A DNA stretch of 64,000 nucleotides from Erysipelotrichaceae bacterium (lineage in GTDB: Bacteria > Bacillota_I > Bacilli_A > Erysipelotrichales > Erysipelotrichaceae): NCBI GenBank assembly GCA_017515475.1, contig JAFWFS010000027.1:829-64828 (forward strand), given 5' to 3'. Shown here piece by piece: positions 10,318-20,546 of the stretch (position 1 is its first letter; every line of letters starts with the position of its first letter). The position numbers and the translations under genes were made by a program. The notes under the pieces are model-generated. The model was given only the letters and a program-made list of their open reading frames with translations, was not told the DNA's origin and ran no database searches.

Positions 10318-10380
10318 AATGTCACCTTTCCTTACAATAGAGGTGTTCAGGCTCTGTTGATAGAAAGGAAAGGTGACATT
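10318..10380 (+). promoter_or_regulatory. Perfect 16-bp inverted repeat sequestering the tnpA ribosome-binding site
   Basis: aatgtcacctttcctt (10318-10333) is the exact reverse complement of aaggaaaggtgacatt (10365-10380), with a 31-nt spacer. The right arm contains the aaggaaagg SD-like sequence and ends 8 nt before the tnpA ATG at 10389. A translation-occluding stem-loop of this kind is the known control architecture of IS200. Confidence 0.7.
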
Positions 10381-10388
10381 AATATTAT

Positions 10389-10865
10389 ATGGCAAATCAG
10401 CACAATTCTCTGGCTCATACCAGATGGATGTGCAAATATCACATCGTATTCATCCCGAAATACCGCAGGAAGATCATCTACAATCAGATCAGGAAGGACA
10501 TTTCCGGATATATCTCTACCCTGTGCAGATACAAGGGGGTAGAGATCATAGAGGGACATATGATGCCGGATCACGTCCATCTGGTATTATCCATTCCTCC
10601 CAAGATGGCGGTATCCGGCTTCATGGGATATCTGAAGGGAAAATCGTCTCTGATGATTTTCGAGAATCATTCCAACCTGAAATACAAGTTCGGCAACAGG
10701 AAGTTCTGGGCCGAAGGATATTATGTATCAACGGTCGGTCTGAATGAAGCCACGATCGTCAAGTATGTGCAGGATCAGGAGAAAGTCGACATAGCTTTGG
10801 ACAAACTGAACACAAAGGAATATGAAGATCCCTTCAGGAAACCGGCACAGACAAGACTCCTTTAG
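10389..10865 (+). CDS. tnpA: IS200/IS605-family Y1 (HUH) transposase
   Basis: 158 aa. The sequence begins MANQHNSLAHTRWMCKYHIVFIPKYRRK. It has the HUH motif PDHVHLVLSIPP and the catalytic tyrosine region FWAEGYYVSTVG. Confidence 0.95.
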   Translation: MANQHNSLAHTRWMCKYHIVFIPKYRRKIIYNQIRKDISGYISTLCRYKGVEIIEGHMMPDHVHLVLSIPPKMAVSGFMGYLKGKSSLMIFENHSNLKYKFGNRKFWAEGYYVSTVGLNEATIVKYVQDQEKVDIALDKLNTKEYEDPFRKPAQTRLL

Positions 10866-10998
10866 GAGTCAGGACCCAACAGGGGTAAACACAATAGAGC
10901 CTGAACTGTTTTCTGTTCAGGCAGCGCCTTGAGACGCAGTGGAGAGTAAAAAGCCTTACAGTCTTAGAGAAAACCACCCGTTTAACGGGTGGTAATTA

Positions 10999-12474
10999 TC
11001 AGTCTCTCCTATAAAGATCTCTGGTATAGACTTTATCCTTGACATCTTCCAAACAGCTGTCAAAGCGGTTTGCGATAATGGTTTGGGAGAGTTTTTTGAA
11101 TTTGCTGAGATTGTTGACGATCTTTGATCCGAAGAAGGTATCGCCGTCCGGGAGAGTCGGTTCATAGATGATGACTTCCGCTCCCTTGGCCTTGATACGT
11201 TTCATGACGCCCTGGATGGAAGACTGACGGAAATTGTCGGAATTGGATTTCATCGTCAGACGGTAGACACCGATAACGGTCTTATGTTCCATCGCTTTAT
11301 CATACTGGGCAGAGCCCATGTAGGCACCTGCCATTTCCAGAACCCGATCAGAGATGAAGTCTTTTCTTGTACGGTTGGATTCGACGATCGCTTCGATCAG
11401 ATTTTCCGGGACGTCTGCGAAGTTCGCCAGAAGCTGTTTGGTGTCTTTCGGCAGACAATAGCCTCCGTAACCGAAGGAAGGGTTGTTGTAGTGGGAACCG
11501 ATCCTTGGATCCAGGCAGACGCCGTCGATGATCGCCTTGGTATTCAGACCTTTGGTCTCGGCATAGGTATCTAGTTCGTTGAAGTAGGATACTCGTAATG
11601 CCAGGTAGGTGTTTGCGAAGAGCTTGACCGCTTCCGCCTCGGTCAGACCGATGATCAGGGTATCGATGTCTTCCTTGATCGCACCCTGTTTCAGCAAAGC
11701 CGCAAATTCGTTTGCCGCCTTGACGTTTTCTTCGCTGTTCAGATCCGTTCCGACGATGATACGGGACGGATAGAGGTTGTCGTACAGGGCCTTGGATTCT
11801 CTCAGGAATTCCGGCGAGAACAGGATGCGGTCGTCGTTTTTCTCTTTTCTGACTCTCTCGGTGAATCCTACCGGAATCGTCGACTTGATGACGATGTATG
11901 CTTTCCTGTTGTGCTGTCTGACCAGGTCGATGACCGCTTCGACAGCACTGGTATCGAAGTAGTTCTTCTGCGGATCGTAGTTGGTAGGAGCCGCAACCAC
12001 GACATAGTCGGCATCCTTGTATGCGTATTCTCCATCCAGTGTCGCTTCCAAATCGAGCGTTCTGTTTGCCAGATAGTCTTCCAGATAGTCGTCCTGGATT
12101 GGCGATTTCCTGTCGTTGATCATCCTGACTTTTTCTTCGATGATGTCGACGGCTCTGACTCTGTTGTGCTGGGCCAGCAGTACGGCGATCGACATGCCGA
12201 CATAGCCCGTTCCGGCTACGGCGATCTTTCTGCTGATGGCAGCGGCCTTTGTTTCCGGCGACTCTTTTTCTCTTAGATCATCAAAAGAGAAACCGAGCAC
12301 TTCCTGCAGATCTTCCAGCTGGCTGACGGAAGGCATGTAGGAACCGTTTTCGATCTTGGAGATCATCGCCCGGTTGATGCCGGTCTTTTCCGCCAGGTCG
12401 TTCTGAGACAGGTTCAGTTTCTCTCTTCTTTCTTTCGTTACTTTTGCAAGCAGTTCTTCTTTAATTCTGTTCAT
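10999..12474 (-). CDS. ugd: UDP-glucose 6-dehydrogenase with an N-terminal XRE-type helix-turn-helix domain (fusion)
   Basis: 491 aa. Residues 1 to about 65 form an HTH_XRE domain ([38 protein letters not shown]). The remainder is a typical roughly 390-aa Ugd. It shows [19 protein letters not shown], the catalytic cysteine region [14 protein letters not shown], and a C-terminal UDP-binding domain. Confidence 0.9.
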   Translation of the reverse strand: MNRIKEELLAKVTKERREKLNLSQNDLAEKTGINRAMISKIENGSYMPSVSQLEDLQEVLGFSFDDLREKESPETKAAAISRKIAVAGTGYVGMSIAVLLAQHNRVRAVDIIEEKVRMINDRKSPIQDDYLEDYLANRTLDLEATLDGEYAYKDADYVVVAAPTNYDPQKNYFDTSAVEAVIDLVRQHNRKAYIVIKSTIPVGFTERVRKEKNDDRILFSPEFLRESKALYDNLYPSRIIVGTDLNSEENVKAANEFAALLKQGAIKEDIDTLIIGLTEAEAVKLFANTYLALRVSYFNELDTYAETKGLNTKAIIDGVCLDPRIGSHYNNPSFGYGGYCLPKDTKQLLANFADVPENLIEAIVESNRTRKDFISDRVLEMAGAYMGSAQYDKAMEHKTVIGVYRLTMKSNSDNFRQSSIQGVMKRIKAKGAEVIIYEPTLPDGDTFFGSKIVNNLSKFKKLSQTIIANRFDSCLEDVKDKVYTRDLYRRD

Positions 12475-12552
12475 AGCATTTACCTCGTCATAATGTTATC
12501 AATTATAACGGAATTAAGCAATAGAATAATTAACAATGATGCAGATAATAAC

Positions 12553-12580
12553 AAAAAAACAGACATCTTTCATGCCTGTT
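12553..12580 (-). terminator. Rho-independent terminator ending the minus-strand four-gene operon (17419 to 12610)
   Basis: On the minus strand the sequence reads aacaggcat-gaaag-atgtctgtt followed by T7. This gives a 9-bp stem including one G-U pair. It lies 30 nt downstream of the GT2 stop. Confidence 0.75.
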
Positions 12581-12609
12581 CAATAGTGCAAATCGCTTTT
12601 TTCATTTGC

Positions 12610-13293
12610 TTATCTGTATTTCAGGATACAGTAGATCGCTCTTAATCCGTCCTTGAAGCCGATCTTCTTGCCTTCTTCGTTCGTTCTTGGATAGTAGGAG
12701 ATTGGAACTTCCTTGATTCGGATGCCTTTCTTGGCGATCTTGGCGGTGACTTCCGGTTCGAAACCAAAACGGTCTTCCTTCAGATCGATGGACTGGATTA
12801 CTTCTCTCTTGAAACATTTGTAACAGGTCTCCATGTCGGTCAGCTTCTCGCCCGTAAAGAGGTTGGAAAGTGTCGTCAGGAACCAGTTGGCCACCCGGTT
12901 CGCCAGATAGCCTTTTCTTTTCTGATTGAGATATCTGGAACCGTATACGACTTCCGCTTCGCCGTTGAAGATCTTTTCTACGACCAGCGGGTATTCGTTT
13001 GGATCGTATTCCAGATCGGCATCCTGGACGATGACGGCATCTCCTGTCGCATGAGCGAAGCCTGTTCTTAAGGCTGCGCCTTTACCTTTATTCACGTCGT
13101 GGTATACAATCTGGGAAACCAGAGGTTTTACGTCCTTTTCCAGTATCGCTCTGGTGTTGTCCTTGGAACAGTCGTCGACGACGATGATTTCCTTGTTTTC
13201 TACCGGTGATCCCAGAACTTTTTTCACCAGATCAAGGATGCTGTTTTCTTCGTTGTAGCAGGGGATGACAATGCTTAATATTTTAACTTTCAT
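12610..13293 (-). CDS. GT2 glycosyltransferase, soluble DPM1/polyprenyl-phosphate sugar synthase type
   Basis: 227 aa. Motifs include LSIVIPCYNEENSI, VVDDCSKDNT, KGKGAALRTG and IVQDADLEYDP. It resembles dolichyl-/polyprenyl-phosphate mannose or glucose synthases and has no C-terminal TM segments. Confidence 0.8.
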   Translation of the reverse strand: MKVKILSIVIPCYNEENSILDLVKKVLGSPVENKEIIVVDDCSKDNTRAILEKDVKPLVSQIVYHDVNKGKGAALRTGFAHATGDAVIVQDADLEYDPNEYPLVVEKIFNGEAEVVYGSRYLNQKRKGYLANRVANWFLTTLSNLFTGEKLTDMETCYKCFKREVIQSIDLKEDRFGFEPEVTAKIAKKGIRIKEVPISYYPRTNEEGKKIGFKDGLRAIYCILKYR

Positions 13294-13304
13294 AATACAC
13301 TTAC

Positions 13305-14903
13305 TTACCTTTCTGCAAATATTTTATCCCAACTATCGATATCAATAACATATATTGAAACATCAGCAATTACTATTTTATTCGATTTTATTTTTTCTAA
13401 CAATGGGATAAATTCCTTCTCTTCAGCATTCTGGGCAACATCTCTTGTCAATACATAAAAATAAGTCAAGTTTGATGGCTTTTCGTTTTCGTGCAAATAA
13501 ATGCGATCGTACTCGACGATGAATAATCCTCTCTCCTCATCATAAGCAATCGTGGTATTTTTGTTTTTTCCTTTAGATATCAGTTCTAACACTTTGTAAT
13601 ATCTCATGGTTGTATATCCATAGGATAAACCTTCCTGATTCAGGATATCGTTGATTTGAATCAACTTTTCCTTTGATTTTTCTCCCATAGGGAATGTGTA
13701 GAATATCGTTCTTAAAGAAAGGGAAACGACAAGTATCAGCACGGAAAGTTGGAGGATCATCTGAGGCTGTTTGTTCATCCTGTCAGTGAATAGGAATGCA
13801 TTGATTAGAAAAATAGATAGAATTCCGTTAAAGAGATATCTCTGAACGGAAGTCTTGAATAGAGTATATTGAAAAACACAAATGAACAAGACAACTGAGC
13901 TGCTCCACAACAGCAGCTTTCTGCTTTCATCAAGCGTAACTGTTGAACCGGATTTTGATCTGCGTAAATGATATGAAAATAGCGGGAAAATGATCAATGA
14001 TAAGGAGAACGCAAGCCTTATCAGAGCGAATAATCCTTTAGAGCTGAGAAGGGAAACATTGGTAGGGTTAAAATAAAAAACTTTTAAATAATCAGAAAAA
14101 AGATTATGGCTGAGATTTGAAAGTATACGATCCGTATCCGCGAAAATAAAGCGGTATACATACTGGTTTAAAGAAAATGCGGTTGAATTATAATGCCGAT
14201 ATACAAACAATCCGGCAATCGTAAAAATGATGACAAGAGATAAAACGATCAAGTCATCTTTGTTTATCTTTTTTTGGCAATAAAGCAGATATAAAAACCC
14301 CAACAGAACAGGAATGGTGCACAACGCTACTGTAACAACGCCATTAGCCGAACTCCAAAGGCAGAACACAATCAACAGAACCGAATTAAGATGAGTATTA
14401 CGATGATTTCGTATGTTGACAATACAGGAAAGCTCTCCTAAAAAGCAAACGAATCCGATGCCATAACACAGTAGATGGTGCAACAGATTATCTCCAGCAT
14501 ATGTGTATATGAAGAGCGATGTAATACTACAGAACAGAAGCCTGCTGCCGATGTTTTCATAGAGAGATTTTGAAAGCCTATATAGAGTACATAAATAGAT
14601 GAAAAAGAAAAATAACATCCCGACCTGATTAGAAAAAAAAGATACTCCAAAGAGTTTTACCAGAGGTGCCATGATGATATTCGAACCAAAAGGAACCACA
14701 TAATAATACACATAATCTGGATTTACTATTGAGTGAGATTTTAAGGATGCTTCTGCCCAAAAAACACCTTCAATAAAATCATACAGATCGTAGAAATTGA
14801 TGCCTTCAGAGAAAGAAAAAACACAAAAAAAACCGCTGATCGCAATCAAAAAAAAGATAATATGAATAATAAACATATTGATATTCGGTTTGATTCGAGA
14901 CAT
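13305..14903 (-). CDS. Polytopic integral membrane protein of unknown function (candidate extracytoplasmic glycosyltransferase or polymerase)
   Basis: 532 aa. It is very hydrophobic for about 400 aa, with many F/L/I-rich segments, and ends in a soluble tail of about 130 aa. The gene is AT-rich. A shared motif pattern with ORF 28872..30479 suggests the same family (...GSNIIMAPLVKLFG versus NTNLVFAPLFLITN). Confidence 0.6.
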   Translation of the reverse strand: MSRIKPNINMFIIHIIFFLIAISGFFCVFSFSEGINFYDLYDFIEGVFWAEASLKSHSIVNPDYVYYYVVPFGSNIIMAPLVKLFGVSFFSNQVGMLFFFFIYLCTLYRLSKSLYENIGSRLLFCSITSLFIYTYAGDNLLHHLLCYGIGFVCFLGELSCIVNIRNHRNTHLNSVLLIVFCLWSSANGVVTVALCTIPVLLGFLYLLYCQKKINKDDLIVLSLVIIFTIAGLFVYRHYNSTAFSLNQYVYRFIFADTDRILSNLSHNLFSDYLKVFYFNPTNVSLLSSKGLFALIRLAFSLSLIIFPLFSYHLRRSKSGSTVTLDESRKLLLWSSSVVLFICVFQYTLFKTSVQRYLFNGILSIFLINAFLFTDRMNKQPQMILQLSVLILVVSLSLRTIFYTFPMGEKSKEKLIQINDILNQEGLSYGYTTMRYYKVLELISKGKNKNTTIAYDEERGLFIVEYDRIYLHENEKPSNLTYFYVLTRDVAQNAEEKEFIPLLEKIKSNKIVIADVSIYVIDIDSWDKIFAER

Positions 14904-14916
14904 AGAAAGCTATCTC

Positions 14917-15858
14917 CTATAAGATCGTTTTCCTAAAATAATCAATAGTTTTCTTGAGACCTTCATCCAACGGAACCGTGGGTTCCCAGCCAAGTTCTTT
15001 TTTGGCGAGATCAATAACTGGTTTTCTCTGGGTAGGATCATCTTGCGGAAGCGGAAGGTAAACGATTTTGGATTTTGAACCTGTATGTTCGATGACTTTT
15101 TCTGCCAACTGCAGCATGGTGAATTCTCCAGGATTTCCCAGATTGACCGGTCCGGTAAACCCATCTCTGGAGTTCATCATTCGGATCAAGGCTTCTACTA
15201 GATCGTCAACATAACAGAACGATCTGGTCTGTGAACCATCGCCATAAATTGTGATATCTTCACCTTTGAGAGCCTGGACGATAAAGTTGGAAACGACTCT
15301 TCCATCGTCGCCTCTCATGTTAGGACCATAGGTATTGAAAATACGGACTACTTTGATATCGACGCCATGCTGACGGTGATAGTCGAAGAACAAAGTTTCG
15401 GCAGCTCTCTTGCCCTCATCGTAGCAGGAACGGATACCGTTTGGATTGACATGCCCCCAGTAGGATTCGGGCTGCGGATGGACTTCCGGATCACCGTAAA
15501 CTTCGGAGGTTGATGCCTGCAGGATTCTGGCATGGCATCTCTTGGCTAGACCCAATGTATGTAAAGCACCAATAAAGGAAGTTTTTATCGTTTTGATTGG
15601 GTCATATTGGTAGTGAATCGGTGACGCCGGACACGCTAAATTGTATATTTGGTCGCATTCAACATAAATGTCTTCAAGAATATCTTTACGGATGAATTCA
15701 AAATAAGGATTATCTAAAAGATGTCTGATATTGTCTTTTTGCCCAGTAAAAAGGTTATCCATGCATATGACATCGCAACCATCATTTAATAGTCTTTCGC
15801 ATAGGTGTGAACCGATAAAACCGGCTCCACCTGTTACTAATACCCTTGTTTTATTCAT
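14917..15858 (-). CDS. UDP-glucuronate decarboxylase (UDP-xylose synthase, UXS type SDR)
   Basis: 313 aa. It is nearly colinear with eukaryotic and bacterial UXS. Motifs include [97 protein letters not shown] and [16 protein letters not shown]. Confidence 0.9.
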   Translation of the reverse strand: MNKTRVLVTGGAGFIGSHLCERLLNDGCDVICMDNLFTGQKDNIRHLLDNPYFEFIRKDILEDIYVECDQIYNLACPASPIHYQYDPIKTIKTSFIGALHTLGLAKRCHARILQASTSEVYGDPEVHPQPESYWGHVNPNGIRSCYDEGKRAAETLFFDYHRQHGVDIKVVRIFNTYGPNMRGDDGRVVSNFIVQALKGEDITIYGDGSQTRSFCYVDDLVEALIRMMNSRDGFTGPVNLGNPGEFTMLQLAEKVIEHTGSKSKIVYLPLPQDDPTQRKPVIDLAKKELGWEPTVPLDEGLKKTIDYFRKTIL

Positions 15859-15883
15859 AATATATACCTCTATAATTAATATA

Positions 15884-17419
15884 TCATTTATTTGTTTCTG
15901 GAAGTTCTGCAGAAATCTTAACTACCAAATACTGTCCGATCTTTGCGATGCTGTTTTCTTTTGGCCAGACATTCATCTGTGCATATTCATCAGATGAAAC
16001 GACTTTCAAGTATTCATCGTATTCTACATCTTTAAAATCAAGACCAAAATAGTTCATAAAGTATTTCTGTCTGTTGTATGTTACACCCGTTCTGGTTTTC
16101 CAGAATACCGGATTGTCAGGCAAGTCAACTGCATAACGGTAGGTCTTGATCTGGCTTCGCAGAATTGTATCGTCGAAGAAGCCTGCAACAATAACCGGAG
16201 TCTCGTTTGGTTTGTATTCTTCATGATGTTCAATGTCGTATACAACCTGTGACATTTGGCTATATGTGTAGTCGTAGGACAATCTGAAACAATGGAAAGT
16301 CGCATTGGCTGATACGATATATGTCCATACTAAGAAGATGCACAGAAATGCCGTAATCGGTTTTATAATCCTATTTTGATCCGGTTCGATCATAGCAATT
16401 AAGAACGGGATAATTAGAATGTTCTGATAGGTCATCGATGTTGAATACTCTGCATTTGGCATGATCAGGCACACAACATTGGAAGCTACCGGAATCAGTG
16501 CAATGCAGAAAAGCGAAAGCAGTATAACACGTATATTCTTTTCTCTAAATCGTTTGAAAACAGTGACCATAAGTAGAATGAATATGATCAAATAGATAAT
16601 ATGGCGCTGTAGGATCCGGTCAGAGAAAAATCGGAAGTACTGTTTATAGGAATTAACAATACTTGAAGGCAAGGAGAAAATGATCCTTCCGACAGAAAGA
16701 TCAGCCATTCTGGAGCTGGCGTGCAAACCGGTTACCAGATATAGCAATTGTAAGGCAATATAGTATAATACAGCACCTGCAAAAGCGCAGACCAGTGCTT
16801 TTGTTGCTTTTTCAAGAATCTTTCTGAGATCCATTCCTTGGCGCAGGGATATTACCATTGTCATCAGAAACAAAGCGGCAGAAAAACCTAAATAGCTTTG
16901 ATAGATTCCCAGACCGCAGGTAATACAGATAACGGGAATCAACCAGCCGAAAACGCCTTTGTATTGAAAAACCGCATAAACATAGAAGGCAGAGAGTGTC
17001 AAAGCAATTGCGTAAGGGAAAGCCACGGCATTATATGTAAAATGGATTATCGATGCCGGAGTGACGGCCATTGTTAATGATAAAAGAGCTGCACTGAGAC
17101 AAGATTCCATTTTCCAGGTCTTCATGATGATATAGGATGATAGCCAGGTCAGGAAACAGTATCCCAGAACCGCCGGAAGAGGCATGACAATATTGCCGGA
17201 TATACTGAAAAGAATTGCCAAAAGCCATCTTCCACATCCGGAAATGATCCATGTTGCATTGCTGAAAGCGGTCAATCCTTCAATAATTCCGTCCGCATTG
17301 GTATATCCGTAAATAAAATAGAGATTATATGCCAATATACCGGCCATCGTGGAAAGACCTAATCCAATCAAGGCACATGAATATGATTCTTTTATTCTAA
17401 AGAATGATAGTTTGTTCAC
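15884..17419 (-). CDS. Polytopic membrane protein, possibly GtrII-like glucosyltransferase family
   Basis: 511 aa with about 11-13 hydrophobic spans followed by a soluble C-terminal domain. The N-terminal region [11 protein letters not shown]...GCGRWLL resembles serotype-converting GtrII-type GT-C proteins. This is recognition by eye only. Confidence 0.5.
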   Translation of the reverse strand: MNKLSFFRIKESYSCALIGLGLSTMAGILAYNLYFIYGYTNADGIIEGLTAFSNATWIISGCGRWLLAILFSISGNIVMPLPAVLGYCFLTWLSSYIIMKTWKMESCLSAALLSLTMAVTPASIIHFTYNAVAFPYAIALTLSAFYVYAVFQYKGVFGWLIPVICITCGLGIYQSYLGFSAALFLMTMVISLRQGMDLRKILEKATKALVCAFAGAVLYYIALQLLYLVTGLHASSRMADLSVGRIIFSLPSSIVNSYKQYFRFFSDRILQRHIIYLIIFILLMVTVFKRFREKNIRVILLSLFCIALIPVASNVVCLIMPNAEYSTSMTYQNILIIPFLIAMIEPDQNRIIKPITAFLCIFLVWTYIVSANATFHCFRLSYDYTYSQMSQVVYDIEHHEEYKPNETPVIVAGFFDDTILRSQIKTYRYAVDLPDNPVFWKTRTGVTYNRQKYFMNYFGLDFKDVEYDEYLKVVSSDEYAQMNVWPKENSIAKIGQYLVVKISAELPETNK

Positions 17420-17507
17420 ATAAGAAAGTATAGCTTATTCATACGCTTTTAACAAATTATTTAAATATGCTTTAAAACAAACGATGATTCTTTGATATTA
17501 TATTTAT

Positions 17508-18983
17508 ATGTTTACAACGATATTAAAAACTATTGTTGAGCCAGAAAAAAGAAAAACGGGAACAATCAACCTGCTAATTACTTTTTTATATTTAAGCATA
17601 CACGCATTTGTCGCTTTTCATCACGAACACTGGATGGACGAGGCACAGGCATGGATCATTGCCAGCAACCTATCGATAAAAGAAATATTTGCTATCCTGT
17701 GTACGGAAGGCCATCCTTGCCTCTGGTTTCTTTTTTTGGTACCGTTTGCCAGATTCGGCTTCTCCTATCGGTACTTTAGTCTGATCAGTCTTCTGATAAT
17801 GGGGATTGGGTCGTTCATGTTTCTGCAGAAATCCCCTTTCAGTCTAGTTGTGAAAATCGGAGTTCATCTTAGTAGTGTTTTCCTTTTTTATAATCCGGTT
17901 GTATGTCGAAGTTATTCCCTAATTGCGCTGCTGATCATCCTGCTTGCTTCTTATTATCGGGATAGGGAATCGCATCCGCTTTTCTACGGTTTTCTTATTG
18001 TCTTACTGTTTCAAAGTCATGTTCTTGTTTACGGGTTAGGGATCGGTCTTGTGGCTGTTCTGATTCTGGATTATTGTCATAGCAAAAAAAGAAAGATACT
18101 GATCGGCAGTTTTGTTTCGATTGTGGGGCTGATTCTTTCGATCGCCCAGATTTTTCCCAGAGCAGGCTACGCTTCAGGAATTGATACATCAGCTGGAGGC
18201 ATATTCAGCAAGATCAATTTTACGAACATTATGAATGGTTTGCGCTATTTTGCGTATACATCCTGGGGATGGACATCTCAGTCGACTTGGCTGTTTCCTT
18301 ATTTGATTCTCGTTGGATTGATTGCCGCCATTTTCCTGTTTACTACAATAAACAAAAACTGGAAACAGCAGCTGCCTGTTATCATTGTTGCTATCTGCTC
18401 AATCGGCCTGTTCTTCGGTGTCGTTATCCTTGTCTATACACCACATGCACAGATGGCGTCGATTCTGATGATGATTGTTCTTTTAATCATGTGGGTGCTA
18501 TATGAAAATGATACACATCTAAATCTCAGACTGACGGTCGTGCTGTTTCTCGCGGTATCGTCGTTTTTGACTTTCATCCCTGCTCAGTCGAGCATGCGCA
18601 GCGATATTTACGGAAAGTATTCTTACAGCAAAGACGCAGCCGAATCACTTGGCAGCCGTCTCAAAGCAGGGGATACCGTTCTGATAGAAAACAGTACCTG
18701 TAGTTCGGCTGTATATGCATACCTTGCTTCAGAAACGAAAGACGTCTTCTTCTATGATCTCAACAATGAAACTGAGTATGTTTTTCATCGAATGGGAATA
18801 GAATACAGGCAGATTGGTAGAAATGATTTGGAAGAATCAATTCGGAAACATACTAAAAACGGAGGTTCCGTATACCTCTTATTGAATTCAGAGGTGGAAG
18901 ATGACCGATTAATATTGATATATACAAATCAGAACGAAAAACAAAGATGGAATGAGTCTTATTATATATATGAAGTGATATAA
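17508..18983 (+). CDS. GT-C-like polytopic membrane glycosyltransferase (PMT_2/ArnT-like motifs)
   Basis: 491 aa. After TM1 comes HEHWMDEAQAW (D-E at 17637-17642), followed by EGHPCLWF. This is the DE...hPPL pattern of ArnT/PMT-type GT-C enzymes. It has many TM segments and a soluble C-terminal domain of about 120 aa. Confidence 0.6.
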   Translation: MFTTILKTIVEPEKRKTGTINLLITFLYLSIHAFVAFHHEHWMDEAQAWIIASNLSIKEIFAILCTEGHPCLWFLFLVPFARFGFSYRYFSLISLLIMGIGSFMFLQKSPFSLVVKIGVHLSSVFLFYNPVVCRSYSLIALLIILLASYYRDRESHPLFYGFLIVLLFQSHVLVYGLGIGLVAVLILDYCHSKKRKILIGSFVSIVGLILSIAQIFPRAGYASGIDTSAGGIFSKINFTNIMNGLRYFAYTSWGWTSQSTWLFPYLILVGLIAAIFLFTTINKNWKQQLPVIIVAICSIGLFFGVVILVYTPHAQMASILMMIVLLIMWVLYENDTHLNLRLTVVLFLAVSSFLTFIPAQSSMRSDIYGKYSYSKDAAESLGSRLKAGDTVLIENSTCSSAVYAYLASETKDVFFYDLNNETEYVFHRMGIEYRQIGRNDLEESIRKHTKNGGSVYLLLNSEVEDDRLILIYTNQNEKQRWNESYYIYEVI

Positions 18984-18995
18984 AGGAAGGTAAAT

Positions 18996-20546
18996 ATGAA
19001 AAAAGCGATAATTATTGGGGCAGGCCCTGCTGGTCTTACGGCTGCATATGAACTACTGGACAAATCAAAAGACTATGAAGTAACCGTTCTGGAAGAGTCG
19101 GACAAATTCGGCGGAATTTCCCGTACTGTCAACTATAAAGGAAATAGAATGGACATGGGCGGACACCGTTTTTTCTCCAAAGATCCTGATGTCAATAAAT
19201 GGTGGGACAAAATGCTTCCGGTACAGGGGCATCCTTCCATGGACGACATCAAGCTGGGAAGGACACCGATCTTGGAAGAAGGTGGACCGGATCCGGAAAA
19301 AACGGATAAAGTCATGTTGAAAAGAAACAGACTGTCCAGGATTTTCTTTAAACAGAAGTTTTTCGACTATCCTATCTCCCTGAAATTCGAAACCATCAAG
19401 AATATGGGCTTCTTTATGACAATGATTGTTGGTTTCAGCTATCTGAAATCGATTTTCTTCAAACTTCCGGAAGACAATCTGGAGAACTTCTACATAAATC
19501 GTTTCGGAAAGAAACTCTACAGCATGTTTTTCGAGAGATACACGGAAAACCTCTGGGGCAGACATCCGAGTCAGATCTCTGCCGAATGGGGTGCACAGCG
19601 TGTCAAGGGATTATCAATTATCGCGATTCTGAAAGACATGTTTGGAAAGCTTTTCCACGTCAAGAACAGAAAGGTTGAAACATCGCTGATCGAGACATTC
19701 TCCTATCCGAAACTTGGTCCTGGCGAAATGTGGGATCTGACGGCCGAAGAAGTCAAGAAAATGGGCGGCACGATCATTCAGAATGCTCAGGTCACGAAGG
19801 TCCATAAGAAGGACAATCTGCTGACGGGCGTAACATACGTGAAAGACGGTAAAGAGCATGATCTAAAAGGGGATATCGTGATTTCATCCATGCCTTTAAA
19901 GGATCTGGTATGCGGGATGAACGACGTTCCGCAGGATATGCACGATATCGCTGCGGGCCTTCCATACAGAGACTACAAAACGGTAGGTGTTCTGGTAAAA
20001 CATCTGGATCTTCCAAACAAGACAAGTATCCCGACCTTAGGCAATATCGTTCCGGACAACTGGGTCTATGTTCATGATACGAATGTCGACATGGGTAGAT
20101 TTCAGGTCTATAACAACTGGTCTCCATATCTGGTAAAGGATGTTGAGCATACCGTATGGATCGGTCTGGAATACTTCTGTGATGAGGGTGATGAAATGTG
20201 GAACATGTCGGATGACGATTTCGCTCATAAGGGAATCAAGGAAATGATCACCATGAAGATGATCAAGTCGGAAGATGATGTTCTGGATTATCATGTCGAA
20301 TTCGTCAAGAAGGCTTATCCGGCTTATTTTGATACGTATGACAGGATTGAGGATCTTAGAGCCTATCTGAATACCATCCCGAATCTGTATTGTGTTGGCA
20401 GAAACGGTCAGCATCGGTATAACAACCTTGATCATTCCATGGTTACGTCCTTTGAATCGGTAAAGAATATTTTAAATGGCATTACAGATAAGACGAATAT
20501 CTGGAACGTTAACACCGAGAAAGAATATCATGAGCAAAAATCATAG
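18996..20546 (+). CDS. FAD/NAD(P)-binding oxidoreductase (amine-oxidase/UDP-galactopyranose-mutase-like fold)
   Basis: 516 aa. The N-terminal dinucleotide fold is [21 protein letters not shown]...[14 protein letters not shown], and GGHRFF follows. A C-terminal [15 protein letters not shown] motif is typical of this flavoprotein family. Confidence 0.65.
   Translation: MKKAIIIGAGPAGLTAAYELLDKSKDYEVTVLEESDKFGGISRTVNYKGNRMDMGGHRFFSKDPDVNKWWDKMLPVQGHPSMDDIKLGRTPILEEGGPDPEKTDKVMLKRNRLSRIFFKQKFFDYPISLKFETIKNMGFFMTMIVGFSYLKSIFFKLPEDNLENFYINRFGKKLYSMFFERYTENLWGRHPSQISAEWGAQRVKGLSIIAILKDMFGKLFHVKNRKVETSLIETFSYPKLGPGEMWDLTAEEVKKMGGTIIQNAQVTKVHKKDNLLTGVTYVKDGKEHDLKGDIVISSMPLKDLVCGMNDVPQDMHDIAAGLPYRDYKTVGVLVKHLDLPNKTSIPTLGNIVPDNWVYVHDTNVDMGRFQVYNNWSPYLVKDVEHTVWIGLEYFCDEGDEMWNMSDDDFAHKGIKEMITMKMIKSEDDVLDYHVEFVKKAYPAYFDTYDRIEDLRAYLNTIPNLYCVGRNGQHRYNNLDHSMVTSFESVKNILNGITDKTNIWNVNTEKEYHEQKS

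Larger units (their letters stand above)
10265..10995 (+). mobile_element. Solo IS200-type insertion sequence (IS200/IS605 family, tnpA only); boundaries are approximate
   Basis: The element carries an intact Y1 transposase gene. A left subterminal hairpin tacccgc-tat-gcgggta lies at 10281-10297. A right subterminal hairpin ccacccg-tttaa-cgggtgg lies at 10974-10992. An internal hairpin lies at 10899-10920. No tnpB is present and no long terminal inverted repeats are seen, as expected for this family. Confidence 0.85.

Noticed and set aside
10373-10747. 124-aa alternative-frame ORF inside the IS200 element.
   Set aside because: It overlaps tnpA out of frame. The tnpA frame has the HUH and Tyr motifs, and the alternative frame has none.
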